A stretch of 64,000 bases of DNA from Octopus sinensis (lineage: Eukaryota): the NCBI RefSeq assembly GCF_006345805.1, contig NC_042998.1:620001-684000 (forward strand), in the 5' to 3' direction. Below the pieces are notes generated by a model, which saw nothing but the letters and a program-made list of their open reading frames with translations, was not told the DNA's origin and did not search any database. Numbering within the stretch: the first letter of the stretch is position 1; each line of letters begins with the position of its first letter. Of this stretch, positions 53,460 to 64,000 are shown piece by piece. The position numbers were made by a program, and so were the translations under genes.

Positions 53460-53787
53460 ATATATATATTTGTATATATATATTTGTATATATATATATG
53501 TATATATGTATATATATATGTATATATATATTGTATATATATATGTATATATAATATGTATATATATATATTTGTATATATATGTATATATATATATTTG
53601 TATATTATATATGTATATATATATGTATTATATATATATATGTATATATATATTTGTATATATATATGAATATATATATATTTGTATATATATATATATA
53701 TATATTTGTATATATATATGAATATATATATATTTGTATTATATATGTATATATTATATATATATATATTTGTATATATAATATATG

Positions 53788-53818
<31 letters not shown>

Positions 53819-53820
53819 GT
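53460..53820. repeat. (TA)n array repeatedly interrupted by TTTG
   Basis: About ten tatatttgtata units. Confidence 0.9.
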
Positions 53821-54150
53821 GCGCATGGCTCAGTGGTTAGAGCGTCGAGCTTACGATCGTGAGGTTGTGAGCTCGAATCCCGGACCGGGCTGCGTTTTGT
53901 GTTCTTGAGCAAAGCACTTTATTTCACGTTGCTCCAGTTCACTCAGCTGTAGAAATGAGTTGCGACGTCACTGGTGCCAAGCTGTATCGACCTTTGTCTT
54001 TCCCTTGAATAACACTAGTGGCGTGGAGAGGGGAGGCTGGTATGCATGGGCGACTGCTGGTCTTCCATAAACAACCTTGCCCGGACTTGTGTCTAGGAGG
54101 GTAACTTTCTAGGTGCAATCCCATGGTCATTCATGACCGAAGGGGGTCTT
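53820..54150 (+). mobile_element. Y-head SINE with W-type tail
   Basis: gcgcatggctcagtggttagagcg...gctcgaatcccgg; gtgttcttgagcaaagcactttatttcacg; tail ...ggtgcaatcccatggtcattcatgaccgaaggggg. Confidence 0.85.
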
Positions 54151-54156
54151 TACCCT

Positions 54157-54201
<45 letters not shown>

Positions 54202-54232
54202 TTGTATATATATATTTGTATATATATATATG

Positions 54233-54313
<81 letters not shown>

Positions 54314-54496
54314 TTTATAAAAATATGGTAAAGTGAAATAATTTACTTTACCACACACCGAGCTTTTTAGAAATAGCAGCCAAAAGTTTGGCTATTTCTT
54401 CAACTGCAAGAAAAAGTCTCCCAGACAATGCATACTCAGAAATAACTCACATAGGTATAAGGGAAAAACAACGAAAGATCACATCCATATAAGATA

Positions 54497-54559
54497 TCCG
54501 AGGACAACCTGTTTCTGGATTCGTGGGTTAAACGCCAACATTTCCTTCATCAGCTCAGA
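54497..54559 (-). ncRNA. Type I HHR motif (variant stem II)
   Basis: tctgag-CTGATGA-A-GGA...TCC-A-GAAAC-aggtt-GTC/-ctcgga. Confidence 0.7.
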
Positions 54560-54991
54560 TGCATTGTCTGGGACTTTTTCTTGCAGTTGAAGAAATAGCC
54601 AAACTTTTGGCTGCTATTTCTAAAAAGCTCGGTGTGTGGTAAAGTAAATTATTTCACTTTACCCTATTTTTATAAAGTAATATTTCAAATATACCGTAAA
54701 TGGTCTTTTTACATACCGAACACTGCTCGGTCGAATTAATTAATAATTAATTAATTCTACCCTTTTTTATTGACAATATAATGCTTTCTCCCCAAGAATT
54801 TGAACTACAGTTTTGCCTCTGTAGGAATGCACTACTCTGTGACTCACGTGGGTGGACAGGGAGAATACTAGATCTCATTTGTATTTTGGGATTCGCTAGT
54901 ACTGGTGGTCTGGCATGGTTTGTCCGGTGTTACATATATCGGACGGGTATGTTTGATTCTTAGTACTTTCAAATCTAAATCAGAAGAAATC

Positions 54992-55054
54992 TCTGAGCTG
55001 ATGAAGGAAATGTTGGCGTTTAATCAACTAATCCAGAAACAGGCTGTCCTCGGA
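54992..55054 (+). ncRNA. Type I HHR motif
   Basis: tctgag-CTGATGA-A-GGA aat GTTG gcgtttaat CAAC taa TCC-A-GAAAC-AG g CT-GTC/-ctcgga. 6-bp stem I with one G.U, GUC triplet. Confidence 0.75.
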
Positions 55055-55233
55055 TATGGATGTGATCTTTCGTTGTTTTTTCCCCTTATACCTATGTGAC
55101 TTATTTCTGAGTATGCATTGTCTGGGAGACTTTTTCTTGCAGTAGAAGAAATAGCCAAACTTTTGGCTGCTATTTCTAAAAAGCTCGGTGTGTGGTAAAG
55201 TAAATTATTTCACTTTACCATATTTTTATAAAG

Positions 55234-55265
<32 letters not shown>

Positions 55266-55267
55266 CA

Positions 55268-55692
55268 TAGAGGTGCGGTCGTAGTATCGCGATTTCGATT
55301 CCCAGACCGGGCATTGTTAGTGTTTATTGAGCAAAAGCACCTAAAGCTCCACGAGGCTCCAGCAGGGGGTGGTGGTGAACCCTGCTGTACTCTTTCACCA
55401 CAACTTTCTCTCACTCTTTCTGTTTCTGTTGTACTTGTATTTCAAATGGCCAGCCTTGTCACACTCTGTGTCACTCTAAATCTCCCCTAGAACTACGTTA
55501 AGGGTACACGTGTATAAATGAGTTGTGACGTCACTGGTGCCAAGCTGTATTGGATAACATCGGTGGTGTGGAGAGGAGAGACTGGTATGTGTGGGCGACT
55601 TCTGATCTTCCATAAACAACCTTGCCCAGACATGTTCCTCGGAGGGTAACTTTCTAGGTGCAATCCCATGGTCATTCATGATCGAAGGAGGT
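55268..55692 (+). mobile_element. Chimeric SINE: X body plus part of the A module plus W tail
   Basis: gagcaaaagcacctaaagctccacgagg...aagggtacacgtgt joined directly to aaatgagttgtgacgtcactggtgcc. Confidence 0.75.
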
Positions 55693-56864
55693 CACAATAT
55701 ATTTACATACATGCAGTCACACGTACATACATACATATTTACATACACAAACCCTCCCCACATATACACATATATACCATATATATTACACACATATGTA
55801 TCTGTATATGTATGTATATATGATTATATCTATCTATCTCTCTATCTATCTATCTATAATTATATGTGTATGTTTTTCGTGTATATATGAATTTATATTT
55901 GTATATAATGTGCTTGTTCGTAAAAACGATTTTTTCGCTTACTACATACAGTACTCAGTAGTTCTGGGAGCAGAGTCAATTTTATAATATTTTGTCGCAA
56001 TCAGCTTACGAGTTTCAGTTACAATCCACGAGATTTAATAAAAAGGAGAAAAAAACTTTGGAAAGACAGAAGGGCTGAAATTATAGAAATAGATTTATAA
56101 TTCTGTAAGGCACACACAGTTATATACACATACATACGTGTTTTTGATTCCTTCGAACTATGAAGAAATTTGAAAGTAAACTTTTTTAAGCAGTTGCTTA
56201 AATGCAAATGAAGCTATAAAAATCTTTTCTACTCTAGGCACAAGGCCCGCAATTTTTCGGTGAGAGGCCAGTCGATTAGTACGCAACTGGTACTTAATTT
56301 ATCGACCCCGAAAGGTTGAAAGGCAAAGTCGACTTCCGACAGAATTTGAACACTCAGAACGTAAAGACAGACGAAATAATGTTAAGCAGTTCGTCCGGCG
56401 TGCTACCGTTTCTGCCAGCTCGCCGCCTTGCAAATGAAGCTATAATGAATGCATATATTGCATAAAATACTCCTTAAATGAAACAAAATGTGAAGAGAAT
56501 CACTTACTGGAATTGAACGACATATTTCACGATCACCAGACGGCTGCAATGAACATTGCATCAAAGAAACCCTGACAACTAGAAACCATATATATTAAAA
56601 GCTTTATCTGTACATGCAAGAAGCTGAATGAACTTATATGTGGACCGGCCATCTGTATTAAAAAGCAACACCTGCACATGTACAAGAACGTTAGGGCTAA
56701 AAGAACTTCACATCTCACCACCTTCTTCCTTCAGATGCAAAATCGGCGCAAGCAAAGCAAACATTAATAACATTAAGTACTACAACTTGTTGTAAATAAA
56801 GATTATATGGTGCCACCTTCGCGTGTGGTCTATGTAGCTGTTTGCACTTTAGTATGTAGTCTAA

Positions 56865-56975
56865 ACTTAACTCTGCTCCTAACCCCAAACCTTAACTCTA
56901 ACCTTAACGCTAACCCTAGCCCTAAACCGTAAATCCAGACCCTAACCTTCACCCTAAACTCTAATCCTAACTCAG
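56865..56975. repeat. Degenerate interstitial (CCCTAA)n telomere-like tract
   Basis: cttaactctgctcctaaccccaaaccttaactctaaccttaacgctaaccctagccctaaacc...ccctaaccttcaccctaaactctaatcctaac. Confidence 0.7.
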
Positions 56976-57330
56976 ACCCGGTCATTTCAGAGCATAGACT
57001 ATGGGCGTTGCGGTAGACCATGCGCCAAACTGGCACCGATGGAATTGTTTGACTTAGCTTATTATTCGGAGTGATCTTCTCATGGATGAGCAGCTTTGCC
57101 TTCATCTCATGGCTAAAGAGTACAAGATTATCCGTCGCTGAAGTGCACGTTCAGCGTCTCGAATATTTCTAAATCCTCGTGCACTGTTGCTTTAGAGTCG
57201 TTGACTATATACCTAGTTCATCCGTTCTTTTTGGCAGGCTTTGTGTTTGTCATACTGGATTCATAGCAATCATCTTCACCAGCTTAGTCTAGTGAGGGGT
57301 CTAGATTAAGTTTTTACTAGATTGCATATT

Positions 57331-57592
57331 GTGGAGGCGCGTGGCTTAGTGGTTAGGGTGTCAGCATCATGATCGTAAGATTATGGTTTCGATTCCCGAA
57401 CCGGGCGAGGCGTTGTGTTCTTGAGCAAAACACTTCATTCCACATTGCTCCAGTCCACTCAGCTGGCAAAAATGAGTAATGCTGCGATGGACTGGCGTCC
57501 CGTCCAGCTGGGGGACACATACGCCATTGAAACCGGGAAACTGGGCCCATGAACCTGGCTAGGCTTTAAAAGGGCACATTTATTTTTATTAC
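57331..57592 (+). mobile_element. Y-head SINE with V-like tail and 11-bp TSD
   Basis: TSD agattgcatat at 57319-57329 and 57593-57603; tail gctgcgatggactggcgtcccgtccagc. Confidence 0.85.
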
Positions 57593-58899
57593 AGATTGCA
57601 TATCACAAAACCGTCAGCACACAACATTATATATAAAATCAAGACCTGAGTTATTCCGCTATTAGCAAATCGCCGTACACTCTCGTACAAGAGTGCAGTA
57701 GAGATGATCTTGTTCGATAGCAAGAGAAAGACATAACCACATTCCTAGTAAAACACTTCCTCACTTATAAAGCACATCATCTAAACATTATATTTGCTTG
57801 AAGTGGCCCTTTATTTTGCTTTCTTAGAATTATCTTTTAGAATTTTGAATGATTTTTATAAATAGTTATTTAGTTGTTTCTACAATATCCATTTATTGTA
57901 ATGTATTCAAGTTACTCGTAAAAGGCTTTTAGCATGTTTTCCTCTCTGTGTGCATATGAGTGTGTGTGTGTGTGTATGTGCGTATGCATTTATGTACATG
58001 AATGTGTGTGTGTGTGTGGTTCTATGGGGTGAGAGGTGTAGAATACATGGCTGGGTCCATTGTTGATCTTGCTCGAATCCGCCCATCTATCAACAAGTGT
58101 ACGTAATTTCCATTTTTAGAAATGAGTTGGGGGTAAAAAGTTAGAAAAATAAAACAATAAACAAAACCAGCAACGACAACAACTACAACAACAACAATAC
58201 TAATCTTAATAAAGAACAATTCTTTCAAACACCATAAAATTTCGTTTTTCCGATAGCGATGAGTCATGTCTACCAATTGAATAACTACTATCTGGTACTA
58301 TTCTCCCTCTAGTAGAGGCTGTACTCATATTGATCCTCTCGCTATATGAGCTACTTATCTTAACTACTGCTACTGTAACTCCTGTTGCCGTTGTTGCTGC
58401 TGTTGTTGTTGTTGTTGTTATGACCATCGATGCTGTTGTTGTGGTCGGAGTTGTACTAAAAACAAAGAAACAAAATAAAGCAAATAGCAATGCATGGGAA
58501 AAGTAAGAATGTATACGATACAAGAGCAGACAAGAAATTTACACTAATGTCTTATTCGATTTGTGGTCGTCTTCTTATTGCTGTAATGGCGTAAAAATAT
58601 CGATTATTTCCCGATTTGATTTGACACAATTTTGACAAATATTTGACAAATCTTAACACAGTATTTACTTTTACTTTATCATTATTATTGATAATTTGCT
58701 TGGTCGTTGTTTTGTTTTATACGGGCTGCTCCACGCTTCACACAGAGACCTCTAGTAATAGCAAATTGAACCTTTTCCTATTGGTGTTATTTATGATTAG
58801 CAACGATGTATTGTAGGAAAAGGAGACCAGAATCTGAGAACTAAGATTCTTTTCAAATTTGTAATATTTCAGTTTTGAAAGCGTTTTAATAGAATCAGG

Positions 58900-59301
58900 T
58901 ATTTTCAGGTTGACAATGTCTTTCTCAGGCGGTGGGTTATACCCATGAGAACAGTTTTCTTGGTATTTGGTCATATTGTTAAGAGCGCTATTTGATATTG
59001 TCCCCAAAGTTTCGATAAATATAGGTACAGTTGTTATTAGATGCCAAAGTTTTGAGACCGCTATTTCAAGGCCCTTGTATCTGCCTAACTTTTCCAGTGT
59101 TGCAGTCAGCTGGGATTGACATACCTATGATCAGGCAGGTTTGTGAACGATATTTTTTAGCGCAATATCTTGACTATTGGTCTGAAGGGATCGATCAGTT
59201 TGAATACTAAGGTCCCAAAGAACAGTGATATCTTTTCTGTTACTTTGGCAGGTTTATGTTCTCATCAGTTATTCTCATACTGCCTAATATTGCATCAAGG
59301 C

Positions 59302-59305
<4 letters not shown>
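58900..59305 (-). mobile_element. R4/Dong-like LINE RLE fragment
   Basis: HKPAKVTEK.ITVLWDLSIQTDRSLQTNSQDI...RYKGLEIAVSKLWHL...LMGITHRLRKTLS, in degenerate frames. Confidence 0.7.
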
Positions 59306-59342
<37 letters not shown>

Positions 59343-59399
59343 GCTTGTCTTCATCGAATTTTGTTTCCATTTTTTTGCCGAGTTTCTTCTCAACACCTA

Positions 59400-60041
59400 G
59401 GGTAAAGAAATTTCACTGTATACATTGATAGGCCATTAAAAGATGATTCCAAGTGTTCCTACAATCACTGGTATTGTAACCGCCTTAAGATGCCAAATTT
59501 TTTAGATTTCAATGAGGAAATCTTTATACTTTCTGAGCCTGCCAATTTTTTTTTTTTTGCCATGATATGAACACAAGGAATGCTCATGTCAATCAATAAA
59601 CAGGCTTTATTGTTTTGGTCTTCCACAACAATATCCGGTTTATTAGCTTTAATGCTTCAATCTGTGTGTACTGGAAAGTCCCATAAAATCGTTACATTTT
59701 CACCCTCAGTTACAGCATCAGGGTGGTGATTATACCATTTGTCAAGTTTTGATTTTAAAATGTCAAAATATTAACCAGTATAGATATTGACCAATTCTGT
59801 CATGTCTTAATTTACACTCCAGTGGTGCTAAAACTTTACGTCCAGAGATTAGTGGTTCACTGTTTGAATCTTATCGTTGCAGAATCGTCACTTTGGGTCT
59901 ACTCCATTTTTCATCACATTGACTTGGTAGTTCCGGGTCAATAAAATTTGATCTGGAGCAGCTAAGATAAACCTTTCACTTTCTGCCTTTCGACCTGAGC
60001 TCCACATCCACTGATGAACGCGTACGTGTGTGTGTGTGTGT

Positions 60042-60072
<31 letters not shown>

Positions 60073-60370
60073 CACATGCATTTATGTACATGAATGTGTG
60101 TGTGTGTGGTTCTATGGGATGAGAGGTGTAGAATACAATGCCGAGTCCATTGTTGATCTTGTTCGAATCCGCCCATCTATCAACAAGAAAACCAACAAAA
60201 GAAACATCACCTTCTTTGCTATGGGCCACATATTTGCTATGCAATGCTTTTTGCCCCCACTTAGCTCATTGTTCATGTGATTTTTTCTTTGCCTTTGATT
60301 TCACCTTCTTTGCAACAATAGTTGCCGCACTTCCCTCAGGTTGTTCAGCCTATTGTGTTTGCAAGTGAAA
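59400..60370 (-). mobile_element. R4/Dong-like LINE 3' part (post-RT, CCHC, RLE) with an internal ~190-bp insertion
   Basis: WGQKALHSKY...GDV [insert] HQWMWSSGRKAESERFILAAPDQILLTRNYQ...PK*RFCNDKIQTVNH...RHDRIGQYL...ILWDFPVHTD*SIKANKPDIVV...LIDMSIP. Confidence 0.85.
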
Positions 60371-60849
60371 GACGCTGTTTTTGAGCGAAGGTTGAAGAAA
60401 TTTTTTGTCTTGAAAAAGTAATTTTGGCTTTTATTAAATCAATCAGCATGCTCTAAGGCAAATTGGCTTAGTGAAATTTTCACCCTTTCGGAGAAAATTT
60501 TAAAATATTTTAATAGAGAAATTAGATATTAAGAAACACAATATGCCTTTGCAAATCCAGTGGGTATTTAGCGGTTCCAACAAGCACCACTATTATTTAT
60601 TTCCCACTATTATCTGTTAATAGAGTGTATATGACCATCAATAGCAATATCAACTAATACAACAATAATAAAACGGACAAAAACGACACAAATGGAAAGA
60701 TATGTGAAAGCAACGTTTCCACTACTACTACTGCGACCACCACCACCAACAACAATATCAAGAATGAGCACTAAAACAATAACAACAAAAAAATAGAAAG
60801 AAGAAAACCCAGATATCGATTCAACACACTTAACATTCCATCTCCATCA

Positions 60850-62765
60850 CCTTCCCCAACAGAAATGAAAATCAAGACATCACAATTAACAAATCCAAAG
60901 TAATGCAAATGGTGAATGTCATGCGACAGGAGGATGTAATTAAGTTAACGTCTCAAGAATGAAGAAATATTAAAAACCACATTAATTCTGGCTGAAACAT
61001 AAAATTAAACATTTCAGGATCCTGAAAACAGGGAACTAATCTCAAAACTGTAACTTATAAAACAAGAAGTAGAAAACCTGGAAATTAGAGCAAGTGACAT
61101 AGCCACCAATAGAAAAATGACTCAGAGCTATCTGGGGTACCAAAACTTACGTTGCTCGGAGGTGAAAATACGACATGGTTTAGGTGAGATTGCCGATAGA
61201 GGATGATGCCAGGAAGCACTCTACAACATTAAAGGACGACGAATCATCCTTGTACCAGTCTACCTTGAACGTTGGAAAGTGAGAATAAAAATGTGTCGAT
61301 GTGTCCCGAGAAGTAAACATCTGTTGGTTGGTGGGAGTGATTCTCTCCAACATAGAGGACGAGAAGCAAAATTAGGGAGGCTAAGGCCTGGAAGTGTTGA
61401 TTCAAATGGATTGAGAAAGTATAGGATCTATCCCGAACCTGATCAACTTGTTAGGCTGTACGAAACTGTATATGGCCACAGGAGACAGAAAGTGGTGACA
61501 CATGTGTGGTGACAAAATCCATCTCAAGGCCTTGTGTTCAGAGCAAAAAACAACAACAAAAACAAGTAAAGAAGGGTCCTCCTTTTTATCTATATCATCA
61601 CTGCAACAGCAAAACACAAACAGCAGCGTGTAGCCATGGCAACAATTGTAGCCGCATTATCAGCAGTAACAGCAGCAACAGTAACAACAACATAGACTTC
61701 ACCGATTGTGGAAACGAAATTAAGAAAACCAACAGAAGAAACACTGCGCCCAGGAAACAGCATATCGCCACCAATAACAGCAACTGAAAGTCCCTAAATG
61801 ATATCAAACCCAAAACAGAAACTGAATGCTGCCTGAGATATGGCCCTCCCTAGACATGTCTGGGGAAGATGACGAAAAGAAAGCAAATTGCAATAAGGAA
61901 ATAAAAGAAGCAAAAAGAAAAAGACAAAAAAGTTACGTTAAAAAAGATAAGAGGTGCAAACAGGTGATAGAAACATCTTCCAACAACACAGCAACATCTC
62001 CTCCTCCCTCACCACCAACAACAACAACATCACCATCACACATCATCAGAGTCATCACCACTGCAGAGATAACAATCATCATAAACACTAGCAAGACTCA
62101 TTATATACTCAAACCAAGAACAACTACTAAGAAGCTTTGTAAATTACATTGCCAAAAATATACACAACATAGAGTAAATGAAACACCTCCATCAACACAG
62201 ACATTTCTCAGAATGATTTCATCACACCAGCAACATAAAAAAAAGCATACAAACCACTTAAAACATACACAACTTTATAAGAAAGCAAATACCCTGACAG
62301 AGCTGGAGAATTCAAATGGAATGTAAAAATTTTATAAGGAACTGCTCGTGGAAACAGCCAAAGCCAGCCGGAGTGACGAAACACATATATTCCCATAGGA
62401 ACAAGGTAGGTAATCATTTTTTGTCGCCCGCTTTCTGTTGGCCTTACTCAGAATAAACAGTCTAAATGCAAGTGACTTGAAGGATCACCTTGCAAGCGAG
62501 GCCACTTTTTTAACGACATCATGTGACTGGATATAGATGTGGTGACCATCATCGAGGCCAGAATTTCCAATCCATTTGTCTGCATTGCCCTTTCTCAGTT
62601 GGTACGAGATCTACTTGTCTCCAAGTCGATCGGGGTTGGGAAGCAAAGCTACAATGTTATTTCGAAAGGGTCTGCATCTCATGACCCCTAGAAGATAAGT
62701 TGATGCAGCTGCATGAGAGCAGTTGCGAAGGGATGCTTTGAAACATTTATTCTTGGTCAACAGAT
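60850..62765 (+). mobile_element. Decayed L1/Tx1-like LINE: ORF1 (knuckle) plus start of ORF2 endonuclease
   Basis: RRIILVPVYLERWKVRI is homologous to the 5.4-kb ORF1. Knuckle (C>*)HMCGDKIHLKALC at about 61500. EN start LRINSLN...LDIDVVTI.E near 62450-62570. Confidence 0.6.
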
Positions 62766-63666
62766 CGGAAACGGGAAATGTTTTACTGCATTTTATCCAC
62801 ATGTTTACTTTCTAAATTCAAATACCGCTGAGATGTCAACTTGGCAGTCAAGTACTTAGGTTGCTGGTATCGATTGGTCCCTCTCCTGAAACATACTGGT
62901 CTTTGCCTAAATTAGGAACTATTAGGATAATATGTTCTGTTATTTCATGGAATTGGTGTTGTGCCCGCTTTAATTATGCTTCCTCTCACTCCATGATTTG
63001 TCCTTTAAACTGAAGAGCAATTTGTCCTTTCTCTGTCAGTTTTCCCCCGCTCATTATTATATTTTCTTTCCAACATCAATTTATATAATATTTCAATAGG
63101 AAGGTATTTGAGTTTACATTGGAGCCATTGCTTGTATTCATTTCAAGAATAATAGAGGATATACTCGTTCATCTCATAAGCACTGGCATTTGTTAAATGA
63201 AGGCTCGCAGTCTAGTGGTTAAGGGTGTTCGTTTCATGGTACCAAAACTGTGAGTTCAATTCTTGGGACAACTGGCGCTTTGTTTGCTCGAGCAATGCAC
63301 TTCTTTTCCCGTTTCCCTAGCCTACTCCGATGTAATGTCTACCAGTCAAGTACCGGTGCAGCCTCAATTCTTTCTCTCCCGCTGGCACGTTCTGGCTGAC
63401 CTACTGCGTCTAGCAACGATGATAGGGTTGTGAAGGTGTCTAAGAACAAGAGTGAGGTCTAAGAATAAAGGCGCCAAGAGGCAACGGATTAGCAAACAGC
63501 AGAGAGGAGAGAAGGTCTAAGAACGAGAGTATCACAAAGGCGACAAGATGAAACGGAAGTGCAAGTAGCACAAAGGAGAGAAATCGAGAGAGAGAGAGAG
63601 AGAGAGAGCATCGCAAAGACGCCAATGTGAAACGGAAGTGCAAGCAGCTGAGAGGAGAGAGGGTCT

Positions 63667-63710
<44 letters not shown>

Positions 63711-63721
63711 CTAACAGATAG

Positions 63722-64000
63722 AGAAAGAGGAGGAAGAGAGAGAATGAGAGACTAAGCCTAGAGAATGAAATTGAAGAAGAAGCAAATGTTCGTAGAGAAC
63801 GAATGAGAAAAAGAATGGAAGAGTTAATTAATACTGAAACAGAAGAACGAAGAAATAATCGAATGCAGCAGAATGCAAACGCCATGAGAGTTCTGCGAAG
63901 AGTTGGTAATTATGTAAATTTAGTAAATAATCACACTTATAATGAAGAGAATATTCAAGCTCATAACTGTGGTGACCTGAACGCATTATGTCAGTTTTGT
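63722..64000 (+). CDS. Helitron Rep/Hel N-terminus, open to the window edge; upstream ETEVQ repeats from about 63430 are disrupted by (GA)n
   Basis: Stop-free frame RKRRKRENERLSLENEIEEE...NTETEERRNNRM...AHNCGDLNALCQFC. H-x-CG-x-N-x2-C-x2-C is the start of the Helitron zinc-binding motif. Confidence 0.75.

Larger units (their letters stand above)
54311..55235 (+). mobile_element. Element D (family P3): inverted arm plus about 1.2 head-to-tail monomers of ~555 nt with type I HHR (retrozyme-like)
   Basis: 54311-54559 is antisense to 54992-55235. The direct repeat atgcattgtctggga at 54559 and 55113 gives a period of 554. (TA)n on both sides. Confidence 0.8.

Noticed and set aside
53820-53895. 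tRNA-like cloverleaf sequences here and at other SINE heads
   Set aside because: No paired acceptor stem, and they run directly into SINE bodies; not called as tRNA genes.

Overview
AT-rich, microsatellite-dense eukaryotic DNA. The tRNA-derived SINE families are most consistent with an octopod cephalopod (inference from repeat recognition; no database search was run). I found no convincing host protein-coding exon, rRNA, intact tRNA gene or CRISPR array. Almost all long ORFs in the track are microsatellite translations or antisense frames of decayed transposons. The window is a transposon graveyard. It holds CR1-like, RTE, HERO-like, R4/Dong-like and L1/Tx1-like LINE remnants and a decayed Penelope-like element. 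It also holds Tigger/pogo and mariner remnants, 8-bp-TSD MITEs, autonomous and non-autonomous Helitrons, and dozens of modular SINEs. The most striking signal is a set of short elements embedded in (TA)n tracts. They carry type I hammerhead ribozyme (HHR) motifs with covarying stems, and several form long fold-back palindromes (18151-18405 and a hot spot at 51871-55235). One of them contains a ~555-nt head-to-tail monomer with an HHR, which makes it a candidate Penelope-related retrozyme/circRNA system.
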